Assembly: GCA_002633005.1 (NCBI GenBank)
Contig: NMRA01000579.1
Location: 1-64,000, forward strand
Source: Phoronis australis
Lineage: Eukaryota; Animalia; Phoronida
DNA length: 64,000 bases
Reading direction: 5' to 3'
Under the pieces are notes generated by a model that ran no database searches, was not told the origin of the DNA, and was given only the letters and a program-made list of their open reading frames with translations. A program made the translations under genes and the position numbers. Of this stretch, positions 49,320 to 63,563 are shown one piece after another; the first letter of the stretch is position 1; every line of letters starts with the position of its first letter.

Positions 49320-49355
49320 GTAGTCCTGGTGCTCCTGGCCTCGATGGCAGGGAAG
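49320..49355 (+). CDS. Collagen exon (36 nt)
   Basis: ttttag|(G)SPGAPGLDGRE G|gtaagt, phase 1-1. Confidence 0.75.
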
Positions 49356-50682
49356 GTAAGTAATCGTATCTACACGGGTACTAGGGCACAAGGGTAAAAT
49401 AAAGATATGGTGATTGGTTGTTGGGCCAACGACGCAAGCAGTGACTGAGATGGTTACATCACGGGAGAGGAGGACAGGCTTCTGTACCATGCGCTAAGCT
49501 AATGAGACTTGATTACAGCTATTTCAATTTTATTGAAATCTCCGCATGCAGCGCCCTCTTTGAAAGCCGTTGTTTTGGCGTGGAATCCTTTGTTTTTGTG
49601 TAACTTTTGATACAGCGAGCCAATGTTCGTAATTACAGGTGGTAATGGAATGGACCACATGGAATACATTGCACGATTTAATTGTTCAACAGGAAGTTTC
49701 GCCGCCCCTGACTTAATTTATTCTAATTTGAAGATCGCGATTTCAATTCGGCTTGACCCGATTAGCACTCCGTAGATCTTTACTCAAAAGCAAGCTTATT
49801 GTACTGTTGGTGCCGAATATACGCGGACTCAGGCAGCTCCTTCGCCTGTACCCGAATGCGTTTTTCCATAGAGTTTATTCACGTTTCTATTCTATCTCTA
49901 TAATTGGGTGTGCGTTTTCTTGTGTATATTTTCTGTCCATTCAATTTCAATGGTTGGGGCTAAATTGGATACACGTGAACACCTACCATTTTGTAACGAT
50001 AAGTCAATTTACTCCTCGGTTTCACTTAAGTTTTCCACAAAGTTTTAAAGCCGCGCGCATGCGCCTAATTCCTAGTATAGACGTAGCTTGTCGTTCAGAC
50101 GTATGATCCTAGCTTACGTGCATAATACTGTAGCGATTTTTTGAGTAATTGCAGACCTAGATGAAGGCAGTCCGAGTTTACCGACGAAAAATGAACATAA
50201 TACAGAATAACATATTATTCTTATGAATCTTTTAAATGCTTCTAAGTTGTAGCAAAACACTGCGCCCTACACCTGTTAAAGCCGCAGTTTGTCATGATTA
50301 GCAACCTAAAAACGAAAATCGACCTTGGCTCGGTCTCATAGTATTTCTTCTGTGTTAGGATACAATGTTCGTTACCAACAAGAACATCGAAACCATGGCC
50401 GACACGGTAATTTATTGCGGTTGGTCATCCATGAATTTCGAAATCGAAAGTTGCACGTGACTTGAGTTTATAAAGGAAATGTAACCCTGTCAAGGTAACG
50501 AATGTTATGAGACCGATTTTATAAAAGTAAAAGGTGTAATTCATTTTTGTTTTTAGTCAACTAAATAGGGTTCCGCTTTAAATGTTCTTTCTGGGTTCAT
50601 TCATTGACTTTAAAAATCCGTTCAACAGCATAGACCTGAAGTGTGACACAACGCCCTGTACAACGATAATGTTTTGTTGTAG

Positions 50683-50850
50683 GACTTCCTGGTGAACCCG
50701 GTGAGCAGGGAGAACCCGGGTTACCTGGTGAACAAGGTTTTCCAGGACCAGTCGGACCTCCTGGAAACGACGGCTCACCTGGTATCCCGGGAGACGACGG
50801 AATACCAGGATTACCGGGACCTGACGGCCTACCTGGAGAAGCACAGCCGG
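50683..50850 (+). CDS. Collagen exon (168 nt)
   Basis: [34 protein letters not shown]...; AG/GT, phase 1-1. Confidence 0.92.
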
Positions 50851-50901
50851 GTAATTGTCGTTATTCTCAAGGTGTCATTGAAAATTCATGTTCGATTCAC
50901 T

Positions 50902-51071
50902 TCATCATCGTCATTATCATCATCGTCGTCACCGGCATCATCATCATCATCACCACCATCGTCATCATTATCGTCATCACTATCATTACTAATTGTCATC
51001 ATCACGACCACCGTCATCATCAACACAATCATCACCATTATCACCACCATCACCACCACAATCACAATCAT
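50902..51071. repeat. Degenerate (CAT/CAC)n trinucleotide microsatellite
   Basis: Visible directly in the sequence; intronic. Confidence 0.9.
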
Positions 51072-51495
51072 TGGCAATTTGAATTCTGTAGGTTTGTAGG
51101 GTGGGTTTATCTTAATTCTCTCAGTCAAGTAAATAAAAACTGACCAGTTGTTTCATAATCACGTGTATGTCATCCCCAATATTTGAAACGTCGACATCAC
51201 CATTGGCCAATGTCCAATGTGAAAATTTCGTTGTTCTTGGTTATACCCTAAACAAAACCCTCAATGACTAGGAGTATGTGTTAGTCAAGTCCCTGGACGT
51301 GTTTAGGGCGCATCAAGTAGGCTTTGGATGCAAAAGTCAGTCTGCATAAAATTAGATCATAGTAAAACAAATACCAGGTGTTACACTTCGCAAAAGCCAT
51401 TGTTCGGTTGGTCCATGTTCGAGTGGTTAAGGTTAGGCGTTCTTATGCCTAAAAGTGTTGAAATGTATATCGTATGACGTCATCGTTCTACGCAG

Positions 51496-51576
51496 TCATC
51501 AAAGGGGAGAAAGGTGAACCTGGGGTCAAGGGGACACGTGGTCTGATTGGGTTTCCAGGATACACAGGAAAACCAG
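51496..51576 (+). CDS. Collagen exon (81 nt)
   Basis: VIKGEKGEPGVKGTRGLIGFPGYTGKPG; phase 1-1. Confidence 0.88.
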
Positions 51577-53343
51577 GTTACTGTAGTCTAGTGTCACTTA
51601 GAGCGTAGCGACAGTGTTGTGGTAGAAAATTATGTCAATTCGACGAGGAGCGTAAGCATTAATTTGATGTATCAAAACGTATACATTTCTGTTGCATGCC
51701 CAGGCGCAGATCAAGAGGAGGGGTAGGGATCCGGGTCCCATTACTTGGTCGCGTGTCATGGATCAGTGTAACTGGCGAGTCTTAGTCACGCCCGTCCAGT
51801 AAAACCACTATTTGGTTTGATCCACGGTCCGCGCCTGAAACTGAATTTGTTCGACCTTGTTTGACACGCACTATGAATAATCAATTCTTATCTAGTTAAT
51901 ATTTTAGCCAGAAATGAAACAAAATTTCCCTTCATCCCATTCATAACTTAAAACTTATTTTTTTCTCGCCTAATACTGTTAATTGTTGTAGGCTGCATGC
52001 AGTTATTTAGTTTGTGGTATAAACTTCCCCGCCAATACACGAGTATTTTGTTCACTTTAGCTGTAACACACCGTCAGGTACCGGGAATTTCTGAATACGT
52101 CAGGACAATCCATAAGGTAGACGTGAGCCTATATTAGGAATTTTTCGGAATGTACAGGCTCAAGGCCTTCCTTTTAGAGTCACAAGTACCAAGTACCAAT
52201 TTTTTATTACTCACATTATGCTAAGTCTTATCGCTTCCGTTCAGGCGTTTTCCGCTGACAAAAGCATGCTCGGGCCTGAGAAAGGTCCCACAATGCCACA
52301 GTTTTTCATTACTTAAACGATCTGAGCATACGTCAAAAATTCCCGGTTCACGAAATTGAATGTTTATGACACGTGATCTATTGGAACAATTCCATGTAAT
52401 TATCTCACGTTTGTTAGCACACGTTCGCACACTGATACTACAAATTTGCCCTCAGCTAAATATAATCGGTTGGTTTATTACTTTTAATAACACTGTTTAC
52501 GTTTTGTTTTCCCCGATAAAATTTATTATTAATCTGCAAATATGGCGGTAGTAGATTATTTAATATCCAGTATATAAATATGATTTTATTGATAGGAATT
52601 GAAATATTCGGCATCTTGTATTAGGGGTATGCACAACCGTGTTCGACAGGAGGTGCTGTGTACGGTAATGTTTCTGTTGCTTTGCACATTCCAGTTACTC
52701 AGCACACTGAACAAAACTTGCCCACAACTATTTCTGTCTCTCGCAAAATAACCACGTGGTGGTTTATGACCCTAAAAATGAATGGTCTAATTTGACCAAT
52801 CTTGGAACATCTATTTTTCAGAAATTAAACTTTCAGATACTCTGCTTTGTACAATGTTCTCCAATTTTCTGGGCATTATTTTAAAAAGTTCCACTTTTGC
52901 ATGAGGGTAATAAAAGTAGAATTTTTATGATTTTCACGAAAAAATCAAGGTTATATGAAATGAAAACGAAAGAAAATTGTAGTATTGTTTGTGAAATTTT
53001 GTCTTGGGCATTTATATCAAGTGGAATTTTGTCATGTTGTTGTTTCAAATTTTACAGGCGTTCCACTTTCCGAAAATAACACTTTTACTGAGCTAAAATC
53101 TATGACTTTGAAGGTTTTTGACTAAATACACTGACATTTCGATAAGGTCCCTCATAACCTTAACATTTTGTGTTTGTAAAAGCATATTTGCACAAGAATG
53201 TCATCTCAACTATATTTACAAAGCTCCGACAACCATATTTAAATTTAAACTGGACTGACCATAATGAACTATGTGTGACAGTGATTGATAGAATAAATAA
53301 CAAGTACTTTACAAATGAAATATTTCTCTTTGAACTTTGATAA

Positions 53344-53520
<177 letters not shown>

Positions 53521-55606
53521 TAGTATCATTATGGAGTATTACGTTCGTGCACATCAGGATGGTGATTAATGTTTCTTCCGTCTTCTAGTAAAGTAAGAAT
53601 TCCATTAATGCGCCAAATTTTCGCTTTCGGTCAAAGATCAAGCAAAAGTTTGATTTATATCAGTTACCACTGTAAAATTGGTCTCAACTAGTTACTTACT
53701 CAGATGAGAAGTGATTTCTATGTTTGCAAAGAGCTGGCAGATGTCTGTTTATTAAATTAACACGCCGTGACAAGTCAACAGCTAGGTATAGCCTACAATC
53801 TCGGCAAAGCAAGAAGGAATTGCTAGTTCTCTTCCAAACCCAGGGATTGTGTCTGTTTGGCTATAGAGCAATTTCAAACTGACCTGATGAAATTTCATTT
53901 ACTACGCACTTTTTGTTGCGGATGATTCGAACGTTTTCACCCTCACCTACAGGTCGTCTTCAACGAATGTATTTATTGCCCGCGTTTTGTTGACCCAGAT
54001 CTAGAATAAGGTCATACATCGGCGGGGGAGTTGTATTCATTGGTTTCGATTCATGGTGGGCTGTCCCGTCTTGATAACGACAGCCTACTAGAATTTTCGA
54101 CAGAACCAGAATATTTTCATAACGGCCTGTGGTGTAAATCAAGAGTTGTATTTTGTGATGGAAGGTCTTATAGACGCTTTAAGCAATTCCAAAACGATTG
54201 AAGAAATTTAATGTCAAAAAGCTGAGTGCCTGCTCCTATGTTGTTGGAATCTGTCATTTAAGTGTTACATTTTTACCGAGTTGCTTAAAACCAACCAGGA
54301 GTGGTATTTTGCGTTAATAACTTCCGAAATAATCCGTTAAGACATAAATCTTATTAAGCCAACTAAAGGCTTTCAAACGTCTGAAAGAAGCGTTCACATC
54401 CGCTTAGCCAGTCCACCAAACTGTAGCTCTACTGATAGCGACAATTTTGTGAAGGGTAATCTGCGAGTTTGGCCCCATTTCATGTTTACGCAGTGACTGT
54501 GGATGAGGGTGCATTTCTTCCTTCTCAACTTGCATTCGTCGATACGATTTTCCCAGGGTTGCATACCACCATACACGCCGGGTTACCGTTCCGAAAGTAG
54601 TCACTGTTGAGCATGCAGGTGCAAAACGAAAATCGATTTAGGTTTTTTGCTCTCAGATAATTGTCCTCAAAAATTTTCTTACCCATAATAGGATTCTATT
54701 TCCATGACCAACAAGAACATCGAAACCACCAGCGACTAAAAAAAAAAACACTTCAGAGTTTATTGGAGTGGACCAACTCTTAAAATTTCGAATTCGAAAA
54801 TGGCCCATGTTCGCATTGCCTGTTGGTAATGGAATGTCAAGGTAAAGAATGTTGTGAGGCCGATTTTAAGACATTAAATTGCTTTACTGACTTCCGTTTT
54901 TGCCTGCTATCCCGGTATCTTACGGATGTTGCAGGGTAAGTATACGCAACTGCATACATACCCAGTCAGCTCCCCAGAGAGACCAAGGAGAATTTTCGCA
55001 ACGCGATCAAACCAAAAGGTTCAAAAAACCTTCTGAGTCTAGATAGATTAGGCATAAGACACGTCATTCAAATTTTGACGGGCCACTGTAACCTAGCCCG
55101 ACACAGACACATTCCTAGGCATATGGGGCGCAGTGTGTCCCGAGTGTGGTATTGACGTCTCCTAAACACCTGGTAGAGTCTTGCCCAACTTTTTATAGGC
55201 TAAGGAGCAACTTACTGGATGGCACTGTTACATGACTACAACATATAGTGCATGGCAACAAATGGAAACGTCTGTCAGTTTTCTTAAAGGAGACTGGCAG
55301 ACTTGAAAACTCCCTTCACGAAGAACCATAATGGGGCTCTCGTGCTTTTAGCTCAGGTGTTTTGTGCAATGGGCTTAACCATGAGGCCAGCGCACGTCTG
55401 ATGCACCGCAAATGACGTCAGGCCACCTGCACTGTTTTTTCCCGTTATTGCCACCTAAACAGGGCGTAATGAAACGTAAGAGGGTAAGTGCGTTGGGTTT
55501 CTGGGATGTGCGTGTGACAAGAGACGAGCTACTTTCAGCTTTAACCGTTGGCGCACGCGCGGCGCTAGCCACCAGTGACTGAAGTGGTAATGTGGTATGA
55601 TTCCAG

Positions 55607-55723
55607 GATTCAACGGTACCAGCGGCAGGAGGGGAAAGCGCGGCCACAAGGGCGAGCCTGGTGAGCAAGGCCTCATTGGGCCGAGAGGTTTACCGGGTCC
55701 CACAGCAAACTGTACGTGCACAG
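55607..55723 (+). CDS. Collagen exon (117 nt), copy 1
   Basis: GFNGTSGRRGKRGHKGEPGEQGLIGPRGLPGPTANCTCTG; phase 1-1. Confidence 0.8.
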
Positions 55724-57077
55724 GTGAGNACGACAGCCTACTAGAATTTTCGACAGAACCAGTCAGAATATTTTCATAACGGCCTGTGGTGTAAATCAAG
55801 AGTTGTATTTTGTGATGGAAGGTCTTATAGACGCTTTAAGCAATTCCAAAACGATTGAAGAAATTTAATGTCAAAAAGCTGAGTGCCTGCTTCTATGTTG
55901 TTAAGTGTTACATTTTTACCGAGTTGCTTAAAACCAACCAGGAGTGGTATTTTGCGTTAATAACTTCCGAAATAATCCGTTACGACATAAATCTTATTAA
56001 GCCAACTAAAGGCTTGCAAACGTCTGAAAGAAGCGTTCACATCCGCTTAGCCAGTCCACCAAACTGTATCCCTACTGATGGCGACAATTTTGTGAAGGGT
56101 AATCTGCGAGTTTGGCCCCACTTCATGTTTACGCAGTGACTGTGGATGAGGGTGCATTTCGTCCTTCTCAACTTGCAATCGTCGATACGATTTTCCCAGG
56201 GTTGCATACCACCACACACTGAGAACGCCGGGTTACCGTTCTGAAAGTAGTTACTGTTGAGCATGCAGGTACAAAACGAAAATCGATTTAGGCTTTTTGC
56301 TCTCAGAAAATTGTCCTCAAAAATTTTCTATTTCCATGACCAACAAGAACATCGAAACCACCAGCGACTCAAAACACTTCAGAGTTTATTGGAGTCGACC
56401 AACTCTTAAAATTTCGAATTTGAAAATGGCCCATGTTCGCATTGCCTGTTGGTAATGGAATGTCACGGTAAAGAATGTTGTGAGACCGATTTTATGACAT
56501 TAAATTGCTTTACTGACTTCCGTTTTTGCCTGCTACACCGGTATCTTACGGATGTTGCAGGGTGAGTATACGCAACTGCGTACATACCCAGTCAGCTCCC
56601 CAGAGAGACCAAGGAGAATTTTCTCAATGTGATCAAACCAAAAGGTTCAAAAAAACCTTCTGAGTCTAGATAGATTGGGCATAGACACGCCATTCAAATT
56701 TTGACTACAACATATAGTGCATGGCAACAAATGGAAACGTCTGTCAGTTTTCTTAAAGGAGACTGGCAGACTTGAAAACTCCCTTCACGAAGAACCATAA
56801 TGGGGCTCTCGTGCTTTTAGCTCAGGTGTTTTGTGCAATTGGCTTACCATGAGGCCAGCGCACGTCTGATGCACCGCAAATGACGTCAGGCCACCTGCAC
56901 TGTTTTTTCCCGTTTTTGCCACCTAAACAGGGCGGAATGAAACGTAAGAGGGTAAGTGCGTTGCATTTCTTGGATGAGCACATGACAAGAGACGAACTAT
57001 TTCCAGTTTTGACCGTTGGCGTATGCGCGGCGCTAGCCACCAGTGACGACTTAAGTGGTAATGTGTTATGATTCCAG

Positions 57078-57194
57078 GATTCAACGGTACCAGCGGCAGG
57101 AGGGGAAAGCGCGGCCACAAGGGCGAGCGTGGTGAGGAAGGCCTCATTGGGCCGAGAGGTTTACCGGGTCCCACAGCAAACTGTACGTGCACAG
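57078..57194 (+). CDS. Collagen exon (117 nt), copy 2 (probably allelic to 55607-55723)
   Basis: GFNGTSGRRGKRGHKGERGEEGLIGPRGLPGPTANCTCTG; donor gtgagt. Confidence 0.8.
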
Positions 57195-60077
57195 GTGAGT
57201 GCTGGGCTTCGAGTGGTGGAAAACGAATTCCGTTTCGGCTTTTGAAGTAGGCTAAACGTGCCTCATCTCATTATGCTCAGGCAAGGAGTCTGTTAACTTA
57301 TCTTGAGGCCTCGTGCAGCGCCATCTGTTAGAATTTTGATCGGGTTCCTGTTGTGAGATGGAACCCTTACGGAAAATTATGAAATCATGAACTTAGTGGC
57401 GTTAATTTGTTGCCTTAACGGAAAGCATGTGCCTGGTCGCTAGGTGGCGACAGAGTAGTTGGATAGACAGCGGGCTGCGCTGAAGGATCAATGAAGAGAG
57501 GTTTTACAGCTTTTTTATGAATTTTTTGCGCCTGTCATCCCGTCAAGTTGCCACCGCTGTGCATACCACACGAACATGTATTGCCTCAAATTGTTCGTGA
57601 ATGAAAGAAACTGCGTTTCGTCTTTATCCACTCGGTACCTCTTGCACACCAGAATTTGAAAGTGGGTCAGGAGAAGTACGCTTCCGTGTGCCGCTGTCAC
57701 GTCACTGAAAAGCTACATGTCAAAAATTCTCTCTTAGAGCTCCGTTTGGCTTAAAGCGGCTATAAACTCGCTTCCGTAAAAAATAACATTCGATTTGGGG
57801 ATCTTGCCATCATGAGACTGGCCTCATATATCTGCTCCTGCATGGTCTTGAAGTGAAAGTTCGTTGGTGTTGAGATTTAACTCTTTAAGTAGCTTGTCAG
57901 ATCATTTTGTCCGTCAAGGCTGGTTCCAATCACTACCGAACATTCAGTTCTCTCTTCCCTTGCCCAGAAATTGTTCCTTATCGGAGTTTTTTCTGGACAA
58001 ATTTCGGTTAATTTGACGAGTTTTGAGCCGCGTCAACTTCTCAGTGAGTATTCAAGTCTTCACTACTCCGGCAGATGTAACCTTGTCATGATGAGCAAGA
58101 AATGTTAATCGCCGCCCCCAGCATAAGCGTATCCAATGGAGGAGTCTAGGGGTCCAGGCCCTCCCTCTCTTTAGCCAAAGCGGCAAATAAAAAGCACGGG
58201 GCTAAATTGCATTACGTTTTCTCTACTCCTTGTTTGTGATACAGAATTGTTTTAAGAAAGCTACAGTTTTCCTTGCATCTGCCCTTTCCTAAAAAGCTGG
58301 ATTCGCCTTTGTCTGAACACATACTGTCGTTTTGTATTGGAAATGACCATTTGTCCAATTGGTGTCTGCCTTGTTTCACATTTAAATAAAACTTAAGGCG
58401 TTTCTAATTTTTGTGACACATAAGATTTTTGAGCAATCCAATACTAATATCAACACGCTATGGACATTAAACTTAAACAGGTGTGGCACAGGTAAATACT
58501 GCGTCAAAAACATCAAACTTGAGTTGAATCTGCGGTGAATGCGACTTAGGCGTGAACCGACTCCCTGATTAGAGAAACGAGACATCAGCATTTTTGAAAC
58601 GAAGCATTTTGTTACATTTCATAGGAAGCATAACAAAAGTGTGCTATCAGCTGTAATGTAACTGAAGCCGGAATTTTAATCAAAAAGCCGCTGTGTAAAT
58701 TAAAACGCAGAAGGTCATGTTCTCAAAGTGTTTTTTTCGGTAACTTTAAGGGTAACTTTAATCACATAGTTTGCCAGCGTGCACAAATATGAAACCCAAA
58801 TTCATTAGACATCACAGCTGGAACGGGGATGGATGAGAGTATTTGAAACCTTCATCAGTTTGTCATAAAAACACGATGACTATTGATTACGCGTTAAAAG
58901 CCTTGATAGTTCACGAACGCGTACTCTGGGACGCGTTTAATAAGTCTAATTGCTCGTAAGATACTTGAGGTGCCAACTCTCTGCTCATGAAAGGACTGTG
59001 TTCGAGTATCGATTGCAAATGTATAATCAGGAGCAGCTGTCCATTTGATTGATTGATTAATTGATTTTAAATTTATTGGTTAACTTATGCACAGAATACA
59101 TATAAATCATGACAATATATATAAAATATGAAAAGAAAAAATATGACAAACAAAATGGTAATGTCCGTGAAAAATAAAATGATTGCAACCAGAATAACAT
59201 CGGAAAGCGAGACACTTTTTCCGTGGGGGTCCCTCACAAATTACATGGAAAATGACACTGACACAATAGTTATCGAGTGGAAATTCGACAGGCACGAGGA
59301 GAAATTTATTCGGAAAAACTAAGAATAAATAACGAAATAAATAATACGTTTGTAATAAAATAAAAACAAGAATAGTAAAGTACAAGAATACTTACAGATA
59401 CTCTATCGTTTACATTCACCAATTTAGAACATACGGTGAGTTTCTTTAAAAAGTGGGCGGGGTTTCCGCTTGAGCCTCATTACTTATGGCGGCAGTTGAG
59501 TGAGTACCCATAATGCATGTCAGCTGTCACTCAATACGGCGGCCAGCAGGGAGTTGTGCACCACCAAAATAAATAGTAAACTAAAAAGTTCATACTAAAT
59601 TGAGTTTAGTTCGAAACTATTTGGAGTTATGTTGATTAGCATTATTTGGACTACTTCACCGGACTGCACTAACTTGCGTCAAAATCCATTTTATGAAGTT
59701 TTTAGCTAAAATGGTATATATCTAAGAGATACAAAAATTAAAAGCAAGGTACAGGTAAAAACTAATACTGATTTAAATTAGTTAAACAAAAGAAATGTTT
59801 TTAGAGATCACCTGTGATATTAGAAGGTAAACTTTTTCAATGAATAATTGCGGTATATTCATTTAAATGGCATACATGTATGTTCCCGAGTTCTTGTGTA
59901 CGTCAGTACGGGCGCAAGCTTTGTAGTTGCAACACTGTTAATTCAGTCTCGAAAGATTTAAGAATTTCCCGTACACCAATGCGACATGCTAAGCAAATTT
60001 ATTTCCCCTGATAAATTTCATTTAGCATTTTGTTTTCATTCTCTCAAATATCAATTGTGTTATTGATGACGTAACAG

Positions 60078-60149
60078 GACAAAAGGGCGAACCAGGTCAA
60101 AAAGGCGACCGAGGGTTGACTGGATTCGATGGCGCCAAAAGTCAGAAGG
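60078..60149 (+). CDS. Collagen exon (72 nt)
   Basis: GQKGEPGQKGDRGLTGFDGAKSQKG; phase 1-1; one Gly position is Ser. Confidence 0.85.
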
Positions 60150-61242
60150 GTAAATTATCGATGTTGTCAGTCCTCAGTATTTTGACATACCTGAATCCAT
60201 GCACGTATAGTCTAGGAATCTTTCTGGTGTTGGAGGATGCCAGTGTTAAGCTGCAGAGAGACGGACTAATTAGCAAGTCTGAGTTCAGCCTAAAAAGTTG
60301 CCGCGCCACACTTTTGTTGTCATGGTACTATTTTGCTCTAGACCTTGACTGGAGACCTCGCGTTCAGCAGAATCAGGGCCAGTCATTGAAGCGTTATAGA
60401 ATAAAGCACTTCCCAACTAAACTTGTATCTAAGACAAGGCTGTGTGTTTTGAAACTAAAGAAGTTGACTTGAGAGTATCAGTCCATGGCAGTATACTTAC
60501 TAAAACATCTCAGCTGTGCTTGCCTTTCGTTGCAAGGTAACGCCAAAACAGATAACATCGCCCGCCTTTCGTTGCCGTTTGAGTCGTGTTAACATGTATA
60601 TTTCCAGTTGGTAGGCTGAGAAGGCGAGGCCCAGTGTTCGAAGACACAACGTTGCGTAAGATTGCACCTATACTCATGGACATGTTGCGACCCGTCCTTG
60701 ACATATTACACAGTAAACAGCGCTCCCTTTTTTGATGTTGTTTCGCACTAGCTTATTTGTAGAAAACCCTCGTAAAGGCACCATAACGGACTAGTCATGA
60801 TAGACCCGTGTCGCGCACCACTGACATATTTGGGTTTCGATAAAGACTTCTGGAATAAACACTGTCACAAACCCGGATTTATGTCAAGGTTTGAGTAGGC
60901 CTACACGTCTCGAGCTGGTGATAACGGGCGAGCTAGGAAAGATTTCATTCTTTATGAAAATCAAAGTACACGTGAAGAAGTCTGAAATGTCGCCATAAGA
61001 GCAGATACCGTACAGTTCCGTGCTTTTCTTTCAGCAGCAGGTTCTATCGTCCTATTAAACCATATTCATATATTGACAGCCGGAAATTTTTCAACAACCG
61101 CCATTTTGCCTTGAAATCAAGCCAAAAAGAAACTAAACACGATCAATAGAAATCTTTTGATTTTGATAGTGTCACCTTTCGCAACACGGATATTCGCTTC
61201 CGAAAATCGTCTTGCTGTTATGCATTTGCTTTTCCTTTTTAG

Positions 61243-61272
61243 GTACACCAGGTCAAATTTTCTTCAATCACA
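61243..61272 (+). CDS. Collagen micro-exon (30 nt)
   Basis: Strong polypyrimidine tract + ag|GTPGQIFFNH|gtaagt; phase 1-1. Confidence 0.65.
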
Positions 61273-63479
61273 GTAAGTATCCTAAAAGTCACCATATTTT
61301 TGCTATGGTGATTCAGGTCCACCAGTTGCAGTCTCCTGTTCCGCACTAACGGAAAAACTGATCTTACTGGTTCGAGAACTACTGAAAACGAGCACACACT
61401 GTTGACGCCAAGCGCATGATTAACATTTCGTGGGTTCTTCACTGATACTGCAACCTGTACCTATCTCTGCACACTTTAATTCGTAATAGCAAATACTATT
61501 AATTTTGCTTACGCCATCATTCTGTTTTTAAAGTACCCGTATGAAAGATCTTGCCTAGCCAACATCCATCTTAATACCTGATGCCGAATGATGTACCTTG
61601 CATTGGCTGTTTTGCAACTGAAGTTTGTATTCATTTAACTCTTGGTGATGTAATATTATGTGATATTTTGCATTGCATTGTGCCATGTGACCACTTTATC
61701 TTTTAATTGCTTTTCGCCTTTTTACTTTCATTTTTGCTGTATTGACATGTTTAGCATTGTTCTGAGCATGCGCACTAGAAATGGGCAAGTGAGTCCGTTC
61801 AGTAATTCCCTGGTGCGAAACTCAGTGTTTTGAGATCGAAATTTTCCTCTCTTCGAGTCCCTTGCCCTCCAAACATCATTTCTTCAAGCCAGTTATAATT
61901 TCCGTTATAATTTGTGATAACAAGTTTTCCAAATTATTTCCCCCTTTTATCAAAACCTTTGATCCTCCAGGAGGTAATGAAGAGATCTTTGTTACGTCTG
62001 AATCTGGAAATCAAAGATTGCTTTCATGGTAAAGACTTACAACTCCATTCGATGTAAAAACTGTACTTTGTCGAACACTGGCTTAAAATAATTCACGTAA
62101 CGGACAGGCAACTAGCACGACTCTTGACGTCACCTTATAACTTCACCGCTTCTAACATTGCAGCTCCGGAGTATGAGCGACCGAAGGCAAGATTTCGCAA
62201 ACGTCTTGAAGGTACTAACTGCCTGCAGTTTGCCTTGTTGAGTAACTGTTACTGCACGACCCCTGTTGACTTGTATTGAATTAATAGCCCCGATGTCCAC
62301 TCAAGATCGCACGTCCGTTAAGACCACTACACACACGAACTTAACGTTCTGGAAACGGAATCCCCAACTGGTTTGTTCCCTATGTAACAAATTACTCAAT
62401 GAGGTTTGTCTAGTCTTTTCAATCAGTGTGCTTGTCGGTTCGTAACTCTGGGAGATCGCACACGTGAGGTGCGCGCTTAGCTAACTGACTCGCAGTCGTG
62501 TAACTGAGCATGTGTCTCATGTTTGCGGCTACCTTTACACAATTGCCCATGTGTTACTCGCATCCCCTGGTGTTCGTTTTATGTATTGGATGGATGCGCA
62601 TCTACGAGCGGAGCCGAAGGGATATGTTAGAAAAGTAAACATTCATTATCTTGGACGCGAGTTAACAACTCAATACCACGAATTATTCAGTTATAATTCA
62701 CGAGTTTCCCAGTTATTTCTACGGCATAATAAATAACTCGTGGCCATGAGATATGAATCTCGTTCGTGACTTAGTAACTCACGGAAACGGGTTACTTGCT
62801 CGAGATAACACAGAGATGAACTTATAAACAATGAATTTGTGCTTCAAAACACTTCAACGACTATAAAGTTACGCGATGAATCCCCACAAAACTTTCCTTA
62901 TGACAAGAGTCACTGTTTTAACAGATTGCTAATAGTATTTGGGAATTGTATTTCCACTTTTATGGCAATTGACGTTCTATCCGGAAGTCAACTCCTGGGC
63001 CTGGGGTCTAATCCTTGACTCGAAATCAATCTCGAAACTATTTTCAACATGTTGCGTTCTACGAATTCCAAGACAAGTGTCACTACTCTTGTGCACTCGA
63101 GTATATTATGGTTTATGCTGATCACTGTGAAATCCTGCTGCACTTGATGACCCCAGCAATAAAAATAAGTGTTTCGAATCTGAAATCGAAATCTCGAAGT
63201 TTTACTCGAAATCTCGAGGTTTTACTCGAGTTTGTAGTTTGATTATAGGGCCGTCAAGTGCAAATATGGACAATTACGAAATTCATTTTAGAATGAATTA
63301 TAGATAATTATTTTGAGTCGGTATTGAGAAGAACGGAAAACGCGAATATTTTCGAGTTCGCGAAAAAAGATAAGACCCGGAGCCCTGACTCTGTTTATGT
63401 GTTAGCGTTGGCACAACAAATCATAAAACGTTCTGAACACAGTGTTATGTCCTTCGTTTGCTTTACACAATAATTTTAG

Positions 63480-63563
63480 GCACAATGGCAGGCGTGCGTG
63501 GACCACCCGGACCCCCTGGACCGGCTGGCCCCAAAGGAGACAAAGGCGAGGATTGCGAACCAA
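63480..63563 (+). CDS. Collagen exon (~84 nt); the gene continues beyond the window
   Basis: ttttag|STMAGVRGPPGPPGPAGPKGDKGEDCEP|gtgggt; no stop is reached. Confidence 0.85.

Larger units (their letters stand above)
54077..57199. repeat. Tandem near-identical duplication (54077-55728 / 55730-57199) split by an N
   Basis: The junction coincides with the n at 55729. The copies differ by SNPs and indels, including ~157 bp at 55080-55236. Confidence 0.9.

Noticed and set aside
50578-51128. ORFs with poly-Ser/Thr/Asp runs
   Set aside because: Wrong-frame or antisense readings of a collagen exon plus the (CAT)n repeat.
54895-54940. Possible small exon ending CAGG|gtaagt
   Set aside because: No suitable upstream acceptor and no Gly-X-Y pattern.
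62600-63240. Clusters of ctcga/cacgag motifs
   Set aside because: Probably subterminal repeats of decayed DNA transposons; I could not define ends or a unit.
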